The position numbers and the translations under genes were made by a program. A stretch of 19,041 nt of DNA from Promethearchaeota archaeon (GTDB lineage Archaea; Asgardarchaeota; Lokiarchaeia; Sigyniarchaeales; SOKP01), in contig JBHLNZ010000061.1 of assembly GCA_048941015.1 (NCBI GenBank), positions 1 to 19,041 of the forward strand, in the 5' to 3' direction. The notes under the pieces were generated by a model, which did not search any database, had not been told where the DNA came from, and saw only the letters and a list, made by a program, of their open reading frames with translations. Below, piece after piece: positions 17,398 through 19,041 of the stretch (position 1 is the first letter of the stretch; each line of letters opens with the position of its first letter).

Positions 17398-17844
17398 TTA
17401 CCACGCTCTGGTGTCGTTGAGAGTAATGCCTTTTTTTGCTTTTTTCCTTTCTTCTTTAAAATGATTCTCTAATCCGACTTCTTTTACTTTAAGGTAATGG
17501 TCTTTTACAAAGGGATATCTATCACGATGATAGGAGGTTTTTGAACACTCAAGAAAATCATCGCAAAGTAAACAAGATTTTAATTGTCTTGCTTTTTCAC
17601 ACTTTAAAACCTCACACCATGGTTCTTTGATACTCAAACATGTAGGACATGTATTTTTGGATAACCATTCAAGTCCTTTCCTAAGATCTTCAAATTTAAA
17701 ATCAACGATTTCTTCTGCCCATTTATATGATCCTTTTGTTAATTTTAGAAGTTCTGTTGCTAAATTTGCTATCTTTCCAGTTCCAGTTGGACACATTTCA
17801 CAAAATACACCGCATACACCATATTTATAATCTTTAAATGGCAT
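17398..17844 (-). CDS. Cys-rich DUF3795-like metal-binding protein
   Basis: GVCGVFCEMCP … CPTC … C-x3-KC … CLLCDDFLEC, the Cys spacing typical of DUF3795. Confidence 0.7.
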   Translation of the reverse strand: MPFKDYKYGVCGVFCEMCPTGTGKIANLATELLKLTKGSYKWAEEIVDFKFEDLRKGLEWLSKNTCPTCLSIKEPWCEVLKCEKARQLKSCLLCDDFLECSKTSYHRDRYPFVKDHYLKVKEVGLENHFKEERKKAKKGITLNDTRAW

Positions 17845-17919
17845 TATTAAAAATCATCTTCTTGTATTTTTATATTCAAGATAAAACCTGTTAATAGTTA
17901 AATTTTTTTCTTAGAAAAT

Positions 17920-19023
17920 ATGTTAAAAGGTATGAATATTATTTTCGTTGAGAACATGGAACTCTATAAGCGTTTTACTAAAGTTAAAACCGTAGGAGGA
18001 ATTGAAACAAATACAAATGATGTGATCACGGAATTAAGAAAAAGAGGACATTATGTTTGGAATTTTAATAAAGAAGAAATACCCCTTTGGGTTGAATTTG
18101 ATAAAGTAGACATAATTGCTGCATCAACTTTTGATCCCCTTACTTTTTTACAAGTACGAAAGTTAAAAAACAAATATAAAAAGAATGCTGCAGTGGTTTT
18201 CCATGCTCATACAACCGTAGAAGATTTAGCAGGAAATTTTCTTCCTGATAAACCAATATTCAATCTCATTTTCAAATATTGGTTGAAAATTCTTTATGGT
18301 TTGGCTCATTTAGTAATAACTCCGAGTGAATATTCAAAGAAATGCTTAGAAGGGATACAATCATCAATGACATATCCTATTTACGTTGTAAGTAATGGAA
18401 TTAGAATTGATGAATTTAATAAGGAAGAAAAGTATCGAAAAAATTTTAGAAATTATTTGAAATCAAAGTATAATATTCCTTTAGATGCAAAAATCATAAT
18501 CAATGTAGGTTTAAGTTGGAAAAAAAAAAGAGTAGATATTTTTGGTGAAGTTGCCAAAGCTTTTCCAAATTATTATTTTATATGGGTTGGTCCTATAAAT
18601 AAAAATCCTGATATCGATGAGGCGTTGAAATTAGATAATGTAATTTTTACAGGATTTTATGAAGACATTAGAGAAGCATATTATGGAGCAGATATGTTTT
18701 TAAATACATCATCCGTAGAAAATCAAGGGATTCCTTTAATAGAAGCTGCTATCTGTAAACTTCCAATCGTTGCAAGTGATTTACCAGCTTACGATTGGGT
18801 TAAACATAATATTTCTTGCTATAAGGCACGTAAAATTATGGATTATTTTAATGGAATTAAGAAAGTATTTTCGGATGTTAATTTTAGGCAAAAAATAATT
18901 GAAAACGCATATAATGAAGCGAAAGATTTACATGATTTTAATAAAATTGGTACTAAAGTTGAAGATTTATATAGAAAGGCGAAATTAATAAAAAAGTTAT
19001 GGGATAATAAAAGAAGAAATTAA
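17920..19023 (+). CDS. GT4 (GT-B fold) glycosyltransferase, similar in motifs to lipid glucosyl/galactosyltransferases
   Basis: GGIET, HAHTTVED, TPSEYSK, VSNGI, FIWVG, FTGF, ENQGIPLIEA (E-x7-E), PIVASDLP. Start may be ATG 17932. Confidence 0.92.
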   Translation: MLKGMNIIFVENMELYKRFTKVKTVGGIETNTNDVITELRKRGHYVWNFNKEEIPLWVEFDKVDIIAASTFDPLTFLQVRKLKNKYKKNAAVVFHAHTTVEDLAGNFLPDKPIFNLIFKYWLKILYGLAHLVITPSEYSKKCLEGIQSSMTYPIYVVSNGIRIDEFNKEEKYRKNFRNYLKSKYNIPLDAKIIINVGLSWKKKRVDIFGEVAKAFPNYYFIWVGPINKNPDIDEALKLDNVIFTGFYEDIREAYYGADMFLNTSSVENQGIPLIEAAICKLPIVASDLPAYDWVKHNISCYKARKIMDYFNGIKKVFSDVNFRQKIIENAYNEAKDLHDFNKIGTKVEDLYRKAKLIKKLWDNKRRN

Positions 19024-19041
19024 TGGTTAATATATATGGAT
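19023..19041 (+). CDS. Possible start of the next gene (TAATG stop-start overlap), truncated
   Basis: The GT4 stop TAA overlaps an ATG; the frame reads MVNIYG to the window end. Too short to verify. Confidence 0.3.

Noticed and set aside
12036-17830. Short ORFs 12036..12320, 12710..12898, 16811..17002 and 17627..17830
   Set aside because: All lie antisense within well-supported genes (isomerase, family 5 SBP, DUF3795-like).
1-19041. CRISPR arrays, tRNA/rRNA genes, transposases/integrases
   Set aside because: No regularly spaced repeats, no GC-rich structured RNA segments and no mobile-element motifs were seen.

Overview
Strongly AT-rich, gene-dense archaeal chromosomal window. Several cues point to an Asgard archaeon of the Lokiarchaeia type: GGTGA/GGAG ribosome-binding sites, TTG starts, TTTATATA-type TATA boxes, an IPxY-TM-basic C-terminal anchor, and a membrane protein with a 'RPQKLTEEEV..KEKKICLVC' tail. 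This assignment is pattern recognition, not a database result. The window holds 16 complete CDSs plus the 5' end of a crotonase-family gene: two orphan solute-binding proteins (sugar type and peptide/family 5 type), a coiled-coil + PC4-like protein, several polytopic membrane proteins (one ending in a C4C4 RING-like finger), a DUF72 protein with a C-terminal PIP box, a tandem pair of paralogous head-rod-tail coiled-coil proteins, MgtC/DUF4010, an orphan DNA amino-methyltransferase, a fucose/arabinose isomerase-like protein, an MBL-fold hydrolase, a beta-rich surface protein, a DUF3795-like protein and a GT4 glycosyltransferase. I recognised no rRNA, tRNA, CRISPR array or mobile element. The best candidate for an undescribed system is the paired coiled-coil genes (7515-9033), a possible heteromeric filament or scaffold. 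Next are the membrane RING-like protein, the PC4-like protein, the PIP-box DUF72, a GATTAATC palindrome recurring in three promoter regions, and a probable ATT start codon.
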